From Candidatus Saccharimonadota bacterium (GTDB lineage: Bacteria > Pseudomonadota > Gammaproteobacteria > Enterobacterales > Enterobacteriaceae), in assembly GCA_041942055.1 (NCBI GenBank), contig CP145874.1:90001-122000 (forward strand): 32,000 nt of DNA. The letters run 5' to 3'. The position numbers were made by a program, and so were the translations under genes. Below the pieces are notes generated by a model. The model was not told where the DNA came from. It made no database searches and worked only from the letters and a program-made list of their open reading frames with translations. Shown here one piece after another: positions 10,782-21,482 of this stretch. Each line of letters begins with the position of its first letter. The stretch's first letter is position 1.

Positions 10782-10810
10782 TAATAAAAACTATCCATAA
10801 ATAATTATTT

Positions 10811-10848
10811 AAAAACCCTTGCTAGTGTAGTGATGGCAAGGGTTTTTA
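10811..10848 (+). terminator. Rho-independent terminator of groESL
   Basis: AAAAACCCTTGC(10811-10822)...GCAAGGGTTTTT(10836-10847). GC-containing stem followed by a T-run, 30 nt after the groEL stop. Confidence 0.8.
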
Positions 10849-10920
10849 TGCATCATAATATAATTTTTTACATTAAGTAATTTATGCCTAGTATTTTAAA
10901 AAAAAATTGGCATCTTCTAA

Positions 10921-11829
10921 ATGAAGAATAAAACTTTTCAGAGTATAATTTTAAATCTTCAAAATTATTGGCAATCAAAAGGTTGTATTTTATTTCAACC
11001 ATTTGATTTAGAAGTAGGTGCTGGAACTTCACATCCGATCACTTGTTTTGGTGCTATAGGTCCTGAACCTATAAAAGCTGCTTATGTTCAAGCATCTCGT
11101 CGTCCGGCAGACGGACGTTATGCGAATAATCCTAATAGACTCCAGCATTTTTATCAGTTTCAAGTTATTATTAAACCTTCTCCTAATAATATACAAAATT
11201 TATATCTTAATTCATTGCATGCATTAGGAATTAATTTCTGTATTGATGATATTCGTTTTATTCAAGATGATTGGGAAAATCCTTCACTTGGAGCATGGGG
11301 TTATGGTTGGGAAATATGGCTGAATGGTATGGAAATAACTCAATTTACTTACTTTCAACAAATGGGAGGATTAGAATGTTTTCCTATTATGGTAGAAATC
11401 ACATATGGTTTAGAAAGACTAGCTATGCATTTGCAAGAAATAAATAACATTAGTAATATTATTTGGTATATAGATAAAAAAACTATAATTACTTATGGTG
11501 ATCTATTTATGCAAAATGAAATTGAACATTCTTGTTATAATTTAAAATATGCTAATATTAATTATCTCTTAATTTGTTTTGATCAATATGAAACAGAAGC
11601 TAAAAAACTAATTGATTTAGAAGAACCATTATCTATTCCAGCTTATGAATTAATATTAAAAGCTATGCATATTTTTAATTTACTTGAGGCAAGAAAAGCA
11701 ATTTCTGTAACTGAACGTCAGCAATATATTTTGCGTCTTAGAACTCTTACTAAAAACGTTGTGACAAAATATTATAATTCTCGTCAAGCATTAGGTTTTC
11801 CTAGATGTCAAATTTACGATCAAAAATAA
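10921..11829 (+). CDS. glyQ: Glycine--tRNA ligase alpha subunit
   Basis: 302 aa, collinear with E. coli GlyQ (303 aa). Matching motifs: [54 protein letters not shown]. Confidence 0.97.
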   Translation: MKNKTFQSIILNLQNYWQSKGCILFQPFDLEVGAGTSHPITCFGAIGPEPIKAAYVQASRRPADGRYANNPNRLQHFYQFQVIIKPSPNNIQNLYLNSLHALGINFCIDDIRFIQDDWENPSLGAWGYGWEIWLNGMEITQFTYFQQMGGLECFPIMVEITYGLERLAMHLQEINNISNIIWYIDKKTIITYGDLFMQNEIEHSCYNLKYANINYLLICFDQYETEAKKLIDLEEPLSIPAYELILKAMHIFNLLEARKAISVTERQQYILRLRTLTKNVVTKYYNSRQALGFPRCQIYDQK

Positions 11830-11833
11830 AATT

Positions 11834-13777
11834 ATGATTCCAATCAAAAAAAACTTTTTAGTGGAAATAGGTACTGAAGAATTACCCTCAAAAAAATTAC
11901 ATAGTATTGCAGTAACATTTACTACTAATTTTATAAAAGAACTTCGTAGTGTGAATTTAAAGTATAATAAAATTCATTGGTTTGCATCTCCACGTCGTCT
12001 GGCAATTAAGATTGATGGATTAAATTGTTTTTTTATCAAACCAACTCAACAACAAAATTCGGTTTCTGATCTCACTAAAAATATTTTACCACAACTAGTA
12101 AATAATGCTTTATTGTTACTTTTGAAAAAAAAATTTCCTGCTATGCGTTGGGGAGAGGGAAATATAATATTTATACGACCTGTTCATAGTGTATTGTTAT
12201 TATTTGGAAAAGAATTACTTTCAACAAAGTTATTTGGGATACAATCTTCTCGAAAAATATTCGGTCATCGATTTATGGGAGAATTAAAGTTTAATATTAA
12301 TTATGCCGATGAATATCCAGAAATTTTACTTTCACGTGGAAAAGTAATAGCTTGTTATGAAGAACGTAAAAGAAAAATTGCATTTCAGGTTGAAAAAGTA
12401 GCTGCTGAAATTGGGGGGAAAGTTAAACTTGATAACGTTCTTTTAGAAGAACTAACTTCATTAGTTGAATGGCCTGTTGTTTTAATGGGATCTTTCGATA
12501 AAAAATTTCTTTCTATTCCTATTTTAACACATATTGTTCAATATCATCATAAATCTTTTTTAGTCTATAATTGTGATAATCAATTAATTCCTAAGTTTAT
12601 TTTTATAGCTAATATTGAATCTCAACATCCTAAAAAAATTATTGAAGGTAATGAAAATTTTTTACATTCTCGCTTATCTGATGCAAGATTTTTTTTGAAT
12701 GAAGATCGTAAAAAACATCTACATGAATATTTTTTATTATTAAAACAAATAATCTTTCAGCATCAGTTAGGTACCTTATGGGATAAAGTACAACGAATTC
12801 AAAAATTAGCGATTTATATAGCTGAAAAAATTAATGTAAATATAAATGTTGTAGAACGTGCAGCATTATTGGCTAAATGTGATTTAGCGACAAATATGGT
12901 ATTTGAATTTCCAAATACTCAAGGTATTATTGGTATGTATTATGCTCTTCTTGATGGGGAAAAAAAAGAAATTGCTATATCTATAAAAGAACATTATCAA
13001 CCATCTTATAAAAATGATATATTACCTTCTAATCTTATAGCTTGCACAATAGCTATTGCTGATAAAATTGATACTTTAACTGGTATTATTGGAATTGGCA
13101 TTTATTCTACAGGAGATAGAGATCCTTTTGGATTAAGGCGTAATGCATTAGGCATATTACGTATCATACTGGAAAAAAATCTTCCATTAGATTTAAAAAG
13201 TCTTATACAAGAATCTATAAGTTTTTATAACAATAAATTAACAAATATTACTGTAGCCAATGATGTTATGCAGTTTTTTTTTAAACGTTTGGTGTCCTGG
13301 TATCAGGAGAAAGGATATAGAATTGATATTATAAAAGCTGTATCTGCAGTAGTAAGTAGTCTTTCTTTCCTATGTGATTTTGATGCACGTATCAAAGCTC
13401 TTTCTTCTTTTAAAGAAGGTTTAAAAATTACTATGATTAATAAACGAATCGTTAATTTCTTAATAAAAAATCAAAAAGAGCTTTCAAATTTAAATGAAGA
13501 AATTGATTTATCATTACTCATACAAAATGAAGAAAAAAAACTAGCTTATTGTATAATAAATTTGAGTATAAAACTACCCAAATATTTTTTTGATCATAAT
13601 TATGAATTGATTTTAAGAGAACTAATGAAATTATATGATCCGGTTAATGATTTTTTTAAATTTGTACCAATAAATATTTCTGATAATAGATTAAAAATCA
13701 ATAGGTTGAAATTACTAATAAAATTACGAAAAATATTTTTTATAATAGCAGATTTTTCTTTACTTCAATTAAAATAA
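11834..13777 (+). CDS. glyS: Glycine--tRNA ligase beta subunit (about 42 aa shorter than E. coli GlyS)
   Basis: 647 aa. Matching motifs: FLVEIGTEELP, SPRRLA, LVEWPVV, FIFIANIES..P..II.GNE, DPFGLRR.ALGILRI. Starts 4 nt after the glyQ stop. Confidence 0.94.
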   Translation: MIPIKKNFLVEIGTEELPSKKLHSIAVTFTTNFIKELRSVNLKYNKIHWFASPRRLAIKIDGLNCFFIKPTQQQNSVSDLTKNILPQLVNNALLLLLKKKFPAMRWGEGNIIFIRPVHSVLLLFGKELLSTKLFGIQSSRKIFGHRFMGELKFNINYADEYPEILLSRGKVIACYEERKRKIAFQVEKVAAEIGGKVKLDNVLLEELTSLVEWPVVLMGSFDKKFLSIPILTHIVQYHHKSFLVYNCDNQLIPKFIFIANIESQHPKKIIEGNENFLHSRLSDARFFLNEDRKKHLHEYFLLLKQIIFQHQLGTLWDKVQRIQKLAIYIAEKINVNINVVERAALLAKCDLATNMVFEFPNTQGIIGMYYALLDGEKKEIAISIKEHYQPSYKNDILPSNLIACTIAIADKIDTLTGIIGIGIYSTGDRDPFGLRRNALGILRIILEKNLPLDLKSLIQESISFYNNKLTNITVANDVMQFFFKRLVSWYQEKGYRIDIIKAVSAVVSSLSFLCDFDARIKALSSFKEGLKITMINKRIVNFLIKNQKELSNLNEEIDLSLLIQNEEKKLAYCIINLSIKLPKYFFDHNYELILRELMKLYDPVNDFFKFVPINISDNRLKINRLKLLIKLRKIFFIIADFSLLQLK

Positions 13778-13829
13778 TTTTTTTTTTGTACATAACTAAA
13801 ATTAATTGTTATTTAAATAAAAATATATT

Positions 13830-14786
13830 TTATAAAAAATTTAATATTTTTTGGTTCAATTTTTGTTGATCAAGATAAAAATCTCGAATTCCTTGTGATA
13901 GTTTTTCTACAGCCATAGCATCTTGATTATGATCCCATCTAAATGCTGCTTCATAAATTCTAGCAGGTTTTGCATAACTTTCAGTAACAATAGGAAACAG
14001 TTTACGTGTGATGGGAAATGTAGTGTTTTTTATGGTTTCTAGTAATTCAGGAGATATTGTAAGTGAATCACATCCTGCCAAAGCAATTATTTGCTCAATT
14101 CTTCTAAAACTCGCTCCCATAATAATAGTTTTATAGTTATATTTTTTATAATAACTATAAATATTACGAATGAATTGAAGTCCAGGATCTATCAGAACAT
14201 TATAATTATCAATGCATTTATTTTTTAATAAATACCAATCATAAATTCTTCCCACAAACGGAGAAATCATAAATACTCCCGCATCAGCACAAGCACGTGC
14301 TTGTGCTAGTGAAAATAATAGTGTCATATTACAATGTATTCCTTCCATCTCCAGTTGTTCGGCTGCACGAATCCCCTCCCACGTAGAAGCTAATTTAATA
14401 ACAATGCGTGATTTAGAAATTCCCTCTTCTTGATACATTGTGATTAATTTCCTCGCTTGATTTATACACATTTTTTGATCAAAAGAAAAACGACTATCTA
14501 TTTCAGTGGAAATATTTCCAGAGATATTATTAAGTATTTGTAATGCAATGTTAACTAATATCTTACAATTAGCATTAATTAATTGAGTTATTATGCTACC
14601 ACCTTGCTTTTTAGCATAAATAATTGCTTTATTAACTAAATAATAATACTTAGGTTGTATGACAGTTTTTAATATTAAAGACGGATTGGTAGTAACATTA
14701 GTAGGATGATATCGAATAATATATTCGATATCTGCAGTATCAGCTACAATAGTAGTATATTGTTTCAATTGATCTAATGGATTCAT
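13830..14786 (-). CDS. talA: Transaldolase (closer to TalA than TalB by diagnostic motifs)
   Basis: 318 aa. Motifs: TTNPSL; Schiff-base lysine context IKLASTWEGIRAAEQLE; GRIYDWY; GASFRRIEQIIALAGCD; FRWDHNQDAMAVEKLS.GIR. The STWEG, RIYDW and FRW..NQDAMAVEKLS variants match my recollection of E. coli TalA rather than TalB. Confidence 0.9.
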   Translation of the reverse strand: MNPLDQLKQYTTIVADTADIEYIIRYHPTNVTTNPSLILKTVIQPKYYYLVNKAIIYAKKQGGSIITQLINANCKILVNIALQILNNISGNISTEIDSRFSFDQKMCINQARKLITMYQEEGISKSRIVIKLASTWEGIRAAEQLEMEGIHCNMTLLFSLAQARACADAGVFMISPFVGRIYDWYLLKNKCIDNYNVLIDPGLQFIRNIYSYYKKYNYKTIIMGASFRRIEQIIALAGCDSLTISPELLETIKNTTFPITRKLFPIVTESYAKPARIYEAAFRWDHNQDAMAVEKLSQGIRDFYLDQQKLNQKILNFL

Positions 14787-14973
14787 ATCATTCTCTGATT
14801 AAATTTTTTGTTAGCAATTAATAAATGATTAATATAATTAATATATTGATGCAACTAATTTTAACTAACTAAAAATTTTTTAACAGTAATGGCAGGTCTT
14901 TAATATTATCTATAATATTAAGTTTAAATTAAATCAGATAAAATTCCTTGAGAGTCCAATAATTTAAAAAACC

Positions 14974-16008
14974 TTATTTTTTAATAATATTTTCTGGAAT
15001 TCGATCAATTTTAAAATGTTGATACGCTTGATAAGTAGCTATACGACCTCTAGGTGTACGTTTAATATATCCTTGTTGGATTAAGAAGGGTTCTAATATA
15101 TCTTCTATAGTATCTTTTTCTTCACCAATAGCCGCAGCAATATTATCTAATCCCACTGGTCCTCCACTAAATTGATTAATGATTGTAAGCAATAATTTGT
15201 GATCCATATAATCCAGTCCTTTATTATCTACATTAAGCATATTTAATGCTTGAGAGGCTATTTCTCTATTTAAATTACTTGCGGTATGTACATCAGCAAA
15301 ATCACGCACTCGACGTAATAATCGATTAGCAATACGGGGTGTACCTCGTGCTCTTCGTGCAATTTCTAAGATTCCATCCTCACTAATGTGTAAACCTAAC
15401 CGTACTGCACTACGATTTACAATCTGTTTAATATCTAAGATCGAATAAAATTCAAGACGTTGTATAATTCCAAAACGATCTCGTAGAGGAGATGTTAAAG
15501 CACCAGCTTTAGTAGTCGCTCCAATTAAAGTAAAAGGTGGTAAATCCAGTTTAATTGAACGTGCACTAGGACCATTCCCAATTAGAATATCTAATTGATA
15601 ATCTTCCATTGCCGGATATAATATTTCTTCTACTATTGGAGATAATCGATGGATTTCATCAATAAATAATATCTCCTGACATTCTAAATTAGTTAGAATG
15701 GCCGCTAAATCTCCTGCTTTTTCTAATACTGGACCCGAAGTACTATGTAAACTAACACCCATTTCATTAGCAATAACATTAGCAAGTGTGGTTTTACCTA
15801 ATCCTGGAGGTCCAAAAATGAGAATATGATCTAAAACATTTTTCCTCATTTTAGCAGCTTGAATAAATATCTCCATTTGCTGTTTGACGGTTTTTTGTCC
15901 TATATATTCTATTAGTTTCTTAGGACGTAGAGAACGTTCTGAGATAATATTTTGTCTGAGATCAATTTGACTTAAATTAGGTGAGATTAATCGAGAATCC
16001 ATTTTCAT
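14974..16008 (-). CDS. ruvB: Holliday junction branch migration ATPase RuvB
   Basis: 344 aa. Walker [12 protein letters not shown], Walker [10 protein letters not shown], sensor/arginine motifs [19 protein letters not shown] start at M1 or M3 is equally plausible. Confidence 0.96.
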   Translation of the reverse strand: MKMDSRLISPNLSQIDLRQNIISERSLRPKKLIEYIGQKTVKQQMEIFIQAAKMRKNVLDHILIFGPPGLGKTTLANVIANEMGVSLHSTSGPVLEKAGDLAAILTNLECQEILFIDEIHRLSPIVEEILYPAMEDYQLDILIGNGPSARSIKLDLPPFTLIGATTKAGALTSPLRDRFGIIQRLEFYSILDIKQIVNRSAVRLGLHISEDGILEIARRARGTPRIANRLLRRVRDFADVHTASNLNREIASQALNMLNVDNKGLDYMDHKLLLTIINQFSGGPVGLDNIAAAIGEEKDTIEDILEPFLIQQGYIKRTPRGRIATYQAYQHFKIDRIPENIIKK

Positions 16009-16034
16009 TATATGTATTATTCATTATCTAAAAA

Positions 16035-16655
16035 TTATAGTGCTGTACGTAAAGCTTCACGTATTAAGGTTTCACAATCTACATTCTTTTTCTGCACTTT
16101 ATTAATCATACGTTTCGCTTCTTCAGGTTTATAACCTAATACGATAAGAGCAGATATCGCTTCAGTTTCTATATGGTTATTTTTTTTCTCTATTGGTTCA
16201 GTCGAATTTTTTGGATCTTCAATTTTTGAAGATGTAAAAAATAAGCTATAATTATGTATTATACGATCTTTAATTTCAATAACTAATCGTTCAGCGGTTT
16301 TTTTACCCACTCCAGGTAATTTTACTAAAATATCTATTTCATTACCTTTAATAGCTGAAATTAACTCATTAGCAGACATTCCGGATAAAATTGCTAATGC
16401 TAATTTAGGTCCAATTCCATTAACTTTAATTAATTCACGAAATAAGGTTCTTTCTTGTTTATTATTGAAACCAAACAACAGTTGAACATCTTCTCGTACT
16501 ATAAAATGTGTTAAAATAATTACCTCGCAATTTAATTTAGGAAGAAGATAAAAACAAGTCATAGGCATATTTATTTCATAACCAATGCCATTAACATCCA
16601 ATAAAATTTGCGGAGGATATTTTTCAATAATAAAACCTTTTAAACGTCCTATCAA
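16035..16655 (-). CDS. ruvA: Holliday junction DNA helicase subunit RuvA
   Basis: 206 aa. MIGRLKG.IIEK.PP, HhH motifs [15 protein letters not shown] and [13 protein letters not shown]-terminal LGYKP.EA. Confidence 0.95.
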   Translation of the reverse strand: MIGRLKGFIIEKYPPQILLDVNGIGYEINMPMTCFYLLPKLNCEVIILTHFIVREDVQLLFGFNNKQERTLFRELIKVNGIGPKLALAILSGMSANELISAIKGNEIDILVKLPGVGKKTAERLVIEIKDRIIHNYSLFFTSSKIEDPKNSTEPIEKKNNHIETEAISALIVLGYKPEEAKRMINKVQKKNVDCETLIREALRTAL

Positions 16656-16682
16656 TTAACGTTCCTTAAAATAATTAAGATT

Positions 16683-17165
16683 TTAATCATAATTATTATT
16701 ATACATATGAGAATGTGTAATTGCTACAGCTAAAGCATCAGCAGCATCTTCAGGTGGATTAGTAGATAAATTAAGTAAAAACCGCACCATACGTTGAACT
16801 TGATTTTTTTTTGCTCCTCCATTTCCAACTACAGATTGTTTAATTTGTTTAGCTGCGTATTCAAATACTTGTAAATTATGATTTACTGCTGATATTATTG
16901 CTACTCCTTGAGCTTGTCCTAATTTCAATGCTGACTGAGCATTCTTGGCCATAAAAATTTGCTCAATAGCTAAAATTTTAGGATTGTATTCATTAATAAT
17001 TTGATTTATGCCCCAATAAATCTCTTTTAAACGTAGATAAAAACTGTTGTTAATATTTGTATTAATACAACCACTACCTAAATAAGAAATAATTTTACCA
17101 GTTTTACAAATTACTCCATATCCAGTAATCCGTGATCCAGGATCTATACCTAAAATTGTAACCAT
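16683..17165 (-). CDS. ruvC: Holliday junction resolvase RuvC
   Basis: 160 aa. [40 protein letters not shown] and [14 protein letters not shown] carry the catalytic acidic residues. Lacks the last ~13 residues of the E. coli tail. Confidence 0.94.
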   Translation of the reverse strand: MVTILGIDPGSRITGYGVICKTGKIISYLGSGCINTNINNSFYLRLKEIYWGINQIINEYNPKILAIEQIFMAKNAQSALKLGQAQGVAIISAVNHNLQVFEYAAKQIKQSVVGNGGAKKNQVQRMVRFLLNLSTNPPEDAADALAVAITHSHMYNNNYD

Positions 17166-17211
17166 TGTTATATTAGTACATCATTCAATTATAATCGGTT
17201 AGTAGTATTTA

Positions 17212-17940
17212 TTATATATTTGCATTATGATAAATTTCTTTTATATCATTACACGACTGAAGTTTTTTAATTAAATCCAATAATTGCACCTGATGTTTTT
17301 CATTTAATTCAATTTGAATAATTGGAGTTATCATTATTTGATAGTTTTCCAGTTTTAAACCTAAGTTAACTAGAATATCTTTAATTACAATTAGCAATTC
17401 AGGTTTTATAAAAATATTAAATATTCCATTTTCTAATGATACAATATCTTCAGCCCCTATATCTAAAGCAATATTAATTATTTTTTCTTCATCTTTTATG
17501 CCGGCCAAGATTGAAATCACACCCGTTTTTTTAAACAAGTATGAAACAGATCCATTAACAGCTAAATTACCACCATATTTAGTAAATATAGATCTTAATT
17601 CAGAAACCGTACGTTTGCGATTATCACTTAAGCAGTTAACCATTATGGCAGTACCACCTGGTCCATAAGCTTCATATGTAATTTCATTTAGAGACGAATC
17701 ATGTTCTTGATTATTAAGACTACCACGTCGAATAGCACGATTAATAGTCTCACGAGTCATATTATTCGACCATGCTTTATTTATAGCTGTACGTAAACGA
17801 GCATTAATACTAGGATCCATTCCACCAATTTTTGCAGCAGTTACAATCTCTCGAATAATTTTTGTAAAAGTATTTCCACGTTTTGCATCTTGTACTGCTT
17901 TTCTATGTTTAGTATTTGACCATTTACTATGTCCTGACAT
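17212..17940 (-). CDS. yebC: YebC/PmpR-family DNA-binding/translation-associated protein
   Basis: 242 aa. MSGHSKWSNTKHRKA.QDAKRG..FTK..REI..AAK.GG.DP family signature. Conserved position between ruvC and aspS, as in E. coli. Confidence 0.93.
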   Translation of the reverse strand: MSGHSKWSNTKHRKAVQDAKRGNTFTKIIREIVTAAKIGGMDPSINARLRTAINKAWSNNMTRETINRAIRRGSLNNQEHDSSLNEITYEAYGPGGTAIMVNCLSDNRKRTVSELRSIFTKYGGNLAVNGSVSYLFKKTGVISILAGIKDEEKIINIALDIGAEDIVSLENGIFNIFIKPELLIVIKDILVNLGLKLENYQIMITPIIQIELNEKHQVQLLDLIKKLQSCNDIKEIYHNANI

Positions 17941-17956
17941 TTTTTTTCCAATACAA

Positions 17957-19657
17957 TTAGTTTATAAAACTCGGAGCATTTGTCATTAAGCAAGTAGCAC
18001 TAGTAGTTTTTGGAAAAGCAATAACATCACGAATATTAGTAGTTTGGGTTAATAACATTATCAATCGATCTAATCCTAAAGCAATTCCACCATGCGGAGG
18101 AGTGCCATATTTTAGTGCATTTAAAAAAAATCCAAACTTATCATTTTGCTGTTTTTTGCTAATGCCTAATATAGAGAATATTGCTTTTTGCATATCAACT
18201 GTGTGGATACGAACCGAACCACTACCAATTTCATAACCATTAATTACAAGATCATATGTATCAGAGAAGATGTTTTTAGGTTCCTTTAAAACTTCTTCTA
18301 CTGTTACCAATTGAGATGGAGATGTAAAAGGATGGTGCACATAAGTTATATTTCCGTTTTCATCTTCTGAAAACAAAGGAAAATTTATTACCCATAAAGG
18401 ACACCAAGAATTTTCATTAATTAATTGTAATTCTTCTCCTATTTTAACACGCAAAGTTCCTAATATATATGAAACCTTTTGAAAACTACCTGAACAAAAA
18501 AAGATAATATCATCATTAATAGCATGGGTACGATGTATAACTGCATGGATAAAATCTACTGGTAGTACAAACAATTTTTGGTTGGTTTTTTTTTCATTAT
18601 AAAAACTATTAACTGAAATCCAGTCTATAAATGGTACATTTAATTTCGAACAAAAAATTTGTATAAATTCTTCTATTAATTTTAATACTTTGATACCAGC
18701 AGGAATACGAAGTACAGCAAATCGTTCTTGAATTAGATCTTTTTGTAAATAAAAAACTCTTGCTAAATCAGTTATATCTACTAATTCTAAAGGATTACGT
18801 AAATCTGGCTTATCGGATCCATAACGTTGCATAGCTTCATTAAAAGTAAGAACTGGAAAAGTTCCTAATTCGATTTGATTAATTTGTTTCCATAAATCAC
18901 GTACCATTATTTCTAATATTTCACGTATTTTTGCAGATGATAAAAAAGAAACTTCTATGTCTATCTGAGTAAATTCTGGTTGACGATCAGTTCTTAGATC
19001 TTCATCACGAAAACATTTAACAATTTGATAATAACGATCAAAACCTGAAATCATTAACAACTGCTTAAAAAGTTGTGGTGACTGAGGTAAAGCATAATAT
19101 TTACCCTTATGTATACGACTTAGAACTAGGTAATCTCGTGCTCCTTCAGGAGTTGCACTAGTTAAAATAGGCGTTTCAATTTCTGTAAATTCATAAGATT
19201 CTAAAAAATTTCGTATAAAAGTCACACTTTGTGCTCGTATTCTTAATCTTTCAGCTATATCAAAACGACGTAAATCTAAATAACGATATTTTAAACGTGT
19301 TTCTTCATTATTAATTTTATTAATATCTATTGGTAAAGACTCAGACGAATTGATAATAACTAATTTGCTCGCATAAATCTCTATACTACCAGTTTCTTTT
19401 TCGTAGTTAATATTTTTCTTCTGTCGTAGACATACTACGCCTTGAATTTGAACACAATATTCTTTTCGTAATTCAGTTGCTTTCTTAAAAAGTTCTGGAT
19501 ATTTAGATTCAAAAAATATTTGAACTGTTCCTTTACAATCACGTAACTCAATAAATAGTATTGTACGTAGATTACGATAATGATGCACCCAACCACATAA
19601 AGTTACATATTGACCAATATCTTTCTTGGTAAGCTGACCACAATATCTAGTACGCAT
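17957..19657 (-). CDS. aspS: Aspartate--tRNA ligase
   Basis: From ATG (complement of 19655-19657) the product starts MRTRYCGQL, as E. coli AspS starts MRTEYCGQL. AAGGA lies 6 nt upstream. Class II motifs FYALPQSPQLFKQLLM, QIVKCFRDEDLR.DRQPEFTQID, GLDRL.MLLT. The track start at 19678 is a TTG adding 7 residues. Confidence 0.95.
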   Translation of the reverse strand: MRTRYCGQLTKKDIGQYVTLCGWVHHYRNLRTILFIELRDCKGTVQIFFESKYPELFKKATELRKEYCVQIQGVVCLRQKKNINYEKETGSIEIYASKLVIINSSESLPIDINKINNEETRLKYRYLDLRRFDIAERLRIRAQSVTFIRNFLESYEFTEIETPILTSATPEGARDYLVLSRIHKGKYYALPQSPQLFKQLLMISGFDRYYQIVKCFRDEDLRTDRQPEFTQIDIEVSFLSSAKIREILEIMVRDLWKQINQIELGTFPVLTFNEAMQRYGSDKPDLRNPLELVDITDLARVFYLQKDLIQERFAVLRIPAGIKVLKLIEEFIQIFCSKLNVPFIDWISVNSFYNEKKTNQKLFVLPVDFIHAVIHRTHAINDDIIFFCSGSFQKVSYILGTLRVKIGEELQLINENSWCPLWVINFPLFSEDENGNITYVHHPFTSPSQLVTVEEVLKEPKNIFSDTYDLVINGYEIGSGSVRIHTVDMQKAIFSILGISKKQQNDKFGFFLNALKYGTPPHGGIALGLDRLIMLLTQTTNIRDVIAFPKTTSATCLMTNAPSFIN

Positions 19658-19781
19658 AATTTTTCCTTGAATTTTCAAAATTATAATTATAAATATTTCT
19701 AATCAAATGAAATAGAAAATAGTATTATGTAAAAAAAACTATATATAATATTTATAATTTTTTAATATTTTTTTTATAAAC

Positions 19782-20516
19782 ATGCCAAAGCGCGATAAAC
19801 TTTTTTCTTTACCTATAAAAAAAAGTCAATGGACTTTTAATGAAGATGTGACACAAGTTTTTTCTGATATGATTAAGCGTTCAATTCCAGGTTATTCAAT
19901 CATAAAGAATATGATTGGAAAATTCTCACAAAAATTTGTCAAGAACCATACTCATATTTATGATCTTGGATGTTCTTTAGGTGAGATAGCAATATCAATT
20001 CAAAAGCATCTCCATGCTACAGATTGTAAAATAATTGCTATTGATAATTCTCCTTTCATGATTAGAAGGTTTAAACATAAAATAAAAAATCATCAACATA
20101 GTTATAGCACTTTAATTGAGATTATTGAAGCTGACATAAATAAAATTGTCATTAGAAATGCTTCTATGGTTATATTGAATTTTACTTTACAATTTATAAA
20201 ATTTGAAGAAAGACAACCTCTTTTGAAGTCTATCTATGCGGGTCTTAACCCAGAAGGAGTTTTAATTATGTCTGAAAAAATTCAATTTAATAATCCTCGT
20301 ATTAATCAACTAATTAACAATCTACATTATAATTTTAAAAAACAAAATGGATATAGTGATTTAGAAATCATTCAAAAACATAATTTATTGAAAAAGGTTA
20401 TGAAAATTGAAACAATTGATAATCATAAAAAACATCTTAAAAAGATTGGATTTGCACATGTTGATTTATGGTTCCAATATTTAAATTTTGGATCTTTAAT
20501 AGCAATTAAAAATTAA
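19782..20516 (+). CDS. cmoA: Carboxy-S-adenosyl-L-methionine synthase
   Basis: 244 aa, collinear with E. coli CmoA (247 aa). Matching motifs: W.F.E.V..VF.DMI.RS.PGYS, YDLGCSLG, IAIDNSP.MI, VILNFTLQF. Confidence 0.94.
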   Translation: MPKRDKLFSLPIKKSQWTFNEDVTQVFSDMIKRSIPGYSIIKNMIGKFSQKFVKNHTHIYDLGCSLGEIAISIQKHLHATDCKIIAIDNSPFMIRRFKHKIKNHQHSYSTLIEIIEADINKIVIRNASMVILNFTLQFIKFEERQPLLKSIYAGLNPEGVLIMSEKIQFNNPRINQLINNLHYNFKKQNGYSDLEIIQKHNLLKKVMKIETIDNHKKHLKKIGFAHVDLWFQYLNFGSLIAIKN

Positions 20517-20517
20517 T

Positions 20518-21480
20518 ATGAACTTCGAAAGTTTTTATAAAATTCTTATTCAAGAACATCTCATGAAATGGTTAGAAATATTACCTGTTCAATTAAATAA
20601 ATTTCAACCTACACAATTTATAGGATCATTGAAGGATTGGTATAAAACAGTTCTTAATATTCCAATCATTATACCAGAAGTAGTAGATTTAAAAAATAGT
20701 ATTACTGCTATCAATCATACCATTGATAATAATAAGATTATAATGATTGAACGATTACTGCATAAATTAGCACCATGGCGTAAAGGACCTTTTTTTATTT
20801 ATGGAATAAATATTGATGCTGAATGGTGTTCCAATCTTAAATGGGAACGAGTTTTAAAACATATATCTTCATTATCTGGTCGTATGGTATTAGATGTAGG
20901 TTGTGGAAATGGTTATTATCTATTACGCATGCTTGGTGCAGATGCGAAATTAACTATTGGTATTGATCCTAATCTTTTATTTTTTTTTCAATTTCAAGCT
21001 ATAAAAAAAATGTTAGGAAATAAATTATCAGCGTATCTATTACCTCTTTCTTTAGAACAACTTCCCTCATGCAAAAATTTTGATACGGTTTTTTCTATGG
21101 GAGTCATTTATCATAAACGGTCACCATTAGATCATTTGATACACCTAAAAAACCAATTAGTTTCAGGAGGTGAATTAATACTTGAAACTCTTGTTTTGAG
21201 GGGGGAAGAATCAAAAATCTTTATACCTAGTAAACGTTATGCTAATATGCGTAATGTTTGGTTTATTCCTTCAGCTAGTGCGCTAAAAATATGGTTAGAC
21301 AGATCTGGTTTTAAAGATATTCGTATAGTTGATTATACCCAAACTACTTTATTAGAACAACGTAGTACTATTTGGGCAAATGTTGATTCGTTATCTAATG
21401 GCTTAAATATCAACAATCCAGATCAAACGATTGAAGGATACCCTGCACCATTACGAGCAATCATTATTGCTAAAAAATAA
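20518..21480 (+). CDS. cmoB: tRNA U34 carboxymethyltransferase
   Basis: 320 aa. [48 protein letters not shown] match E. coli CmoB. Starts 1 nt after the cmoA stop. Confidence 0.94.
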   Translation: MNFESFYKILIQEHLMKWLEILPVQLNKFQPTQFIGSLKDWYKTVLNIPIIIPEVVDLKNSITAINHTIDNNKIIMIERLLHKLAPWRKGPFFIYGINIDAEWCSNLKWERVLKHISSLSGRMVLDVGCGNGYYLLRMLGADAKLTIGIDPNLLFFFQFQAIKKMLGNKLSAYLLPLSLEQLPSCKNFDTVFSMGVIYHKRSPLDHLIHLKNQLVSGGELILETLVLRGEESKIFIPSKRYANMRNVWFIPSASALKIWLDRSGFKDIRIVDYTQTTLLEQRSTIWANVDSLSNGLNINNPDQTIEGYPAPLRAIIIAKK

Positions 21481-21482
21481 TT

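Noticed and set aside
19658-19678. 7-codon TTG-initiated extension of aspS
   Set aside because: ATG at 19655-19657 (complement) gives MRTRYCGQL, matching the E. coli N-terminus, and has AAGGA 6 nt upstream.
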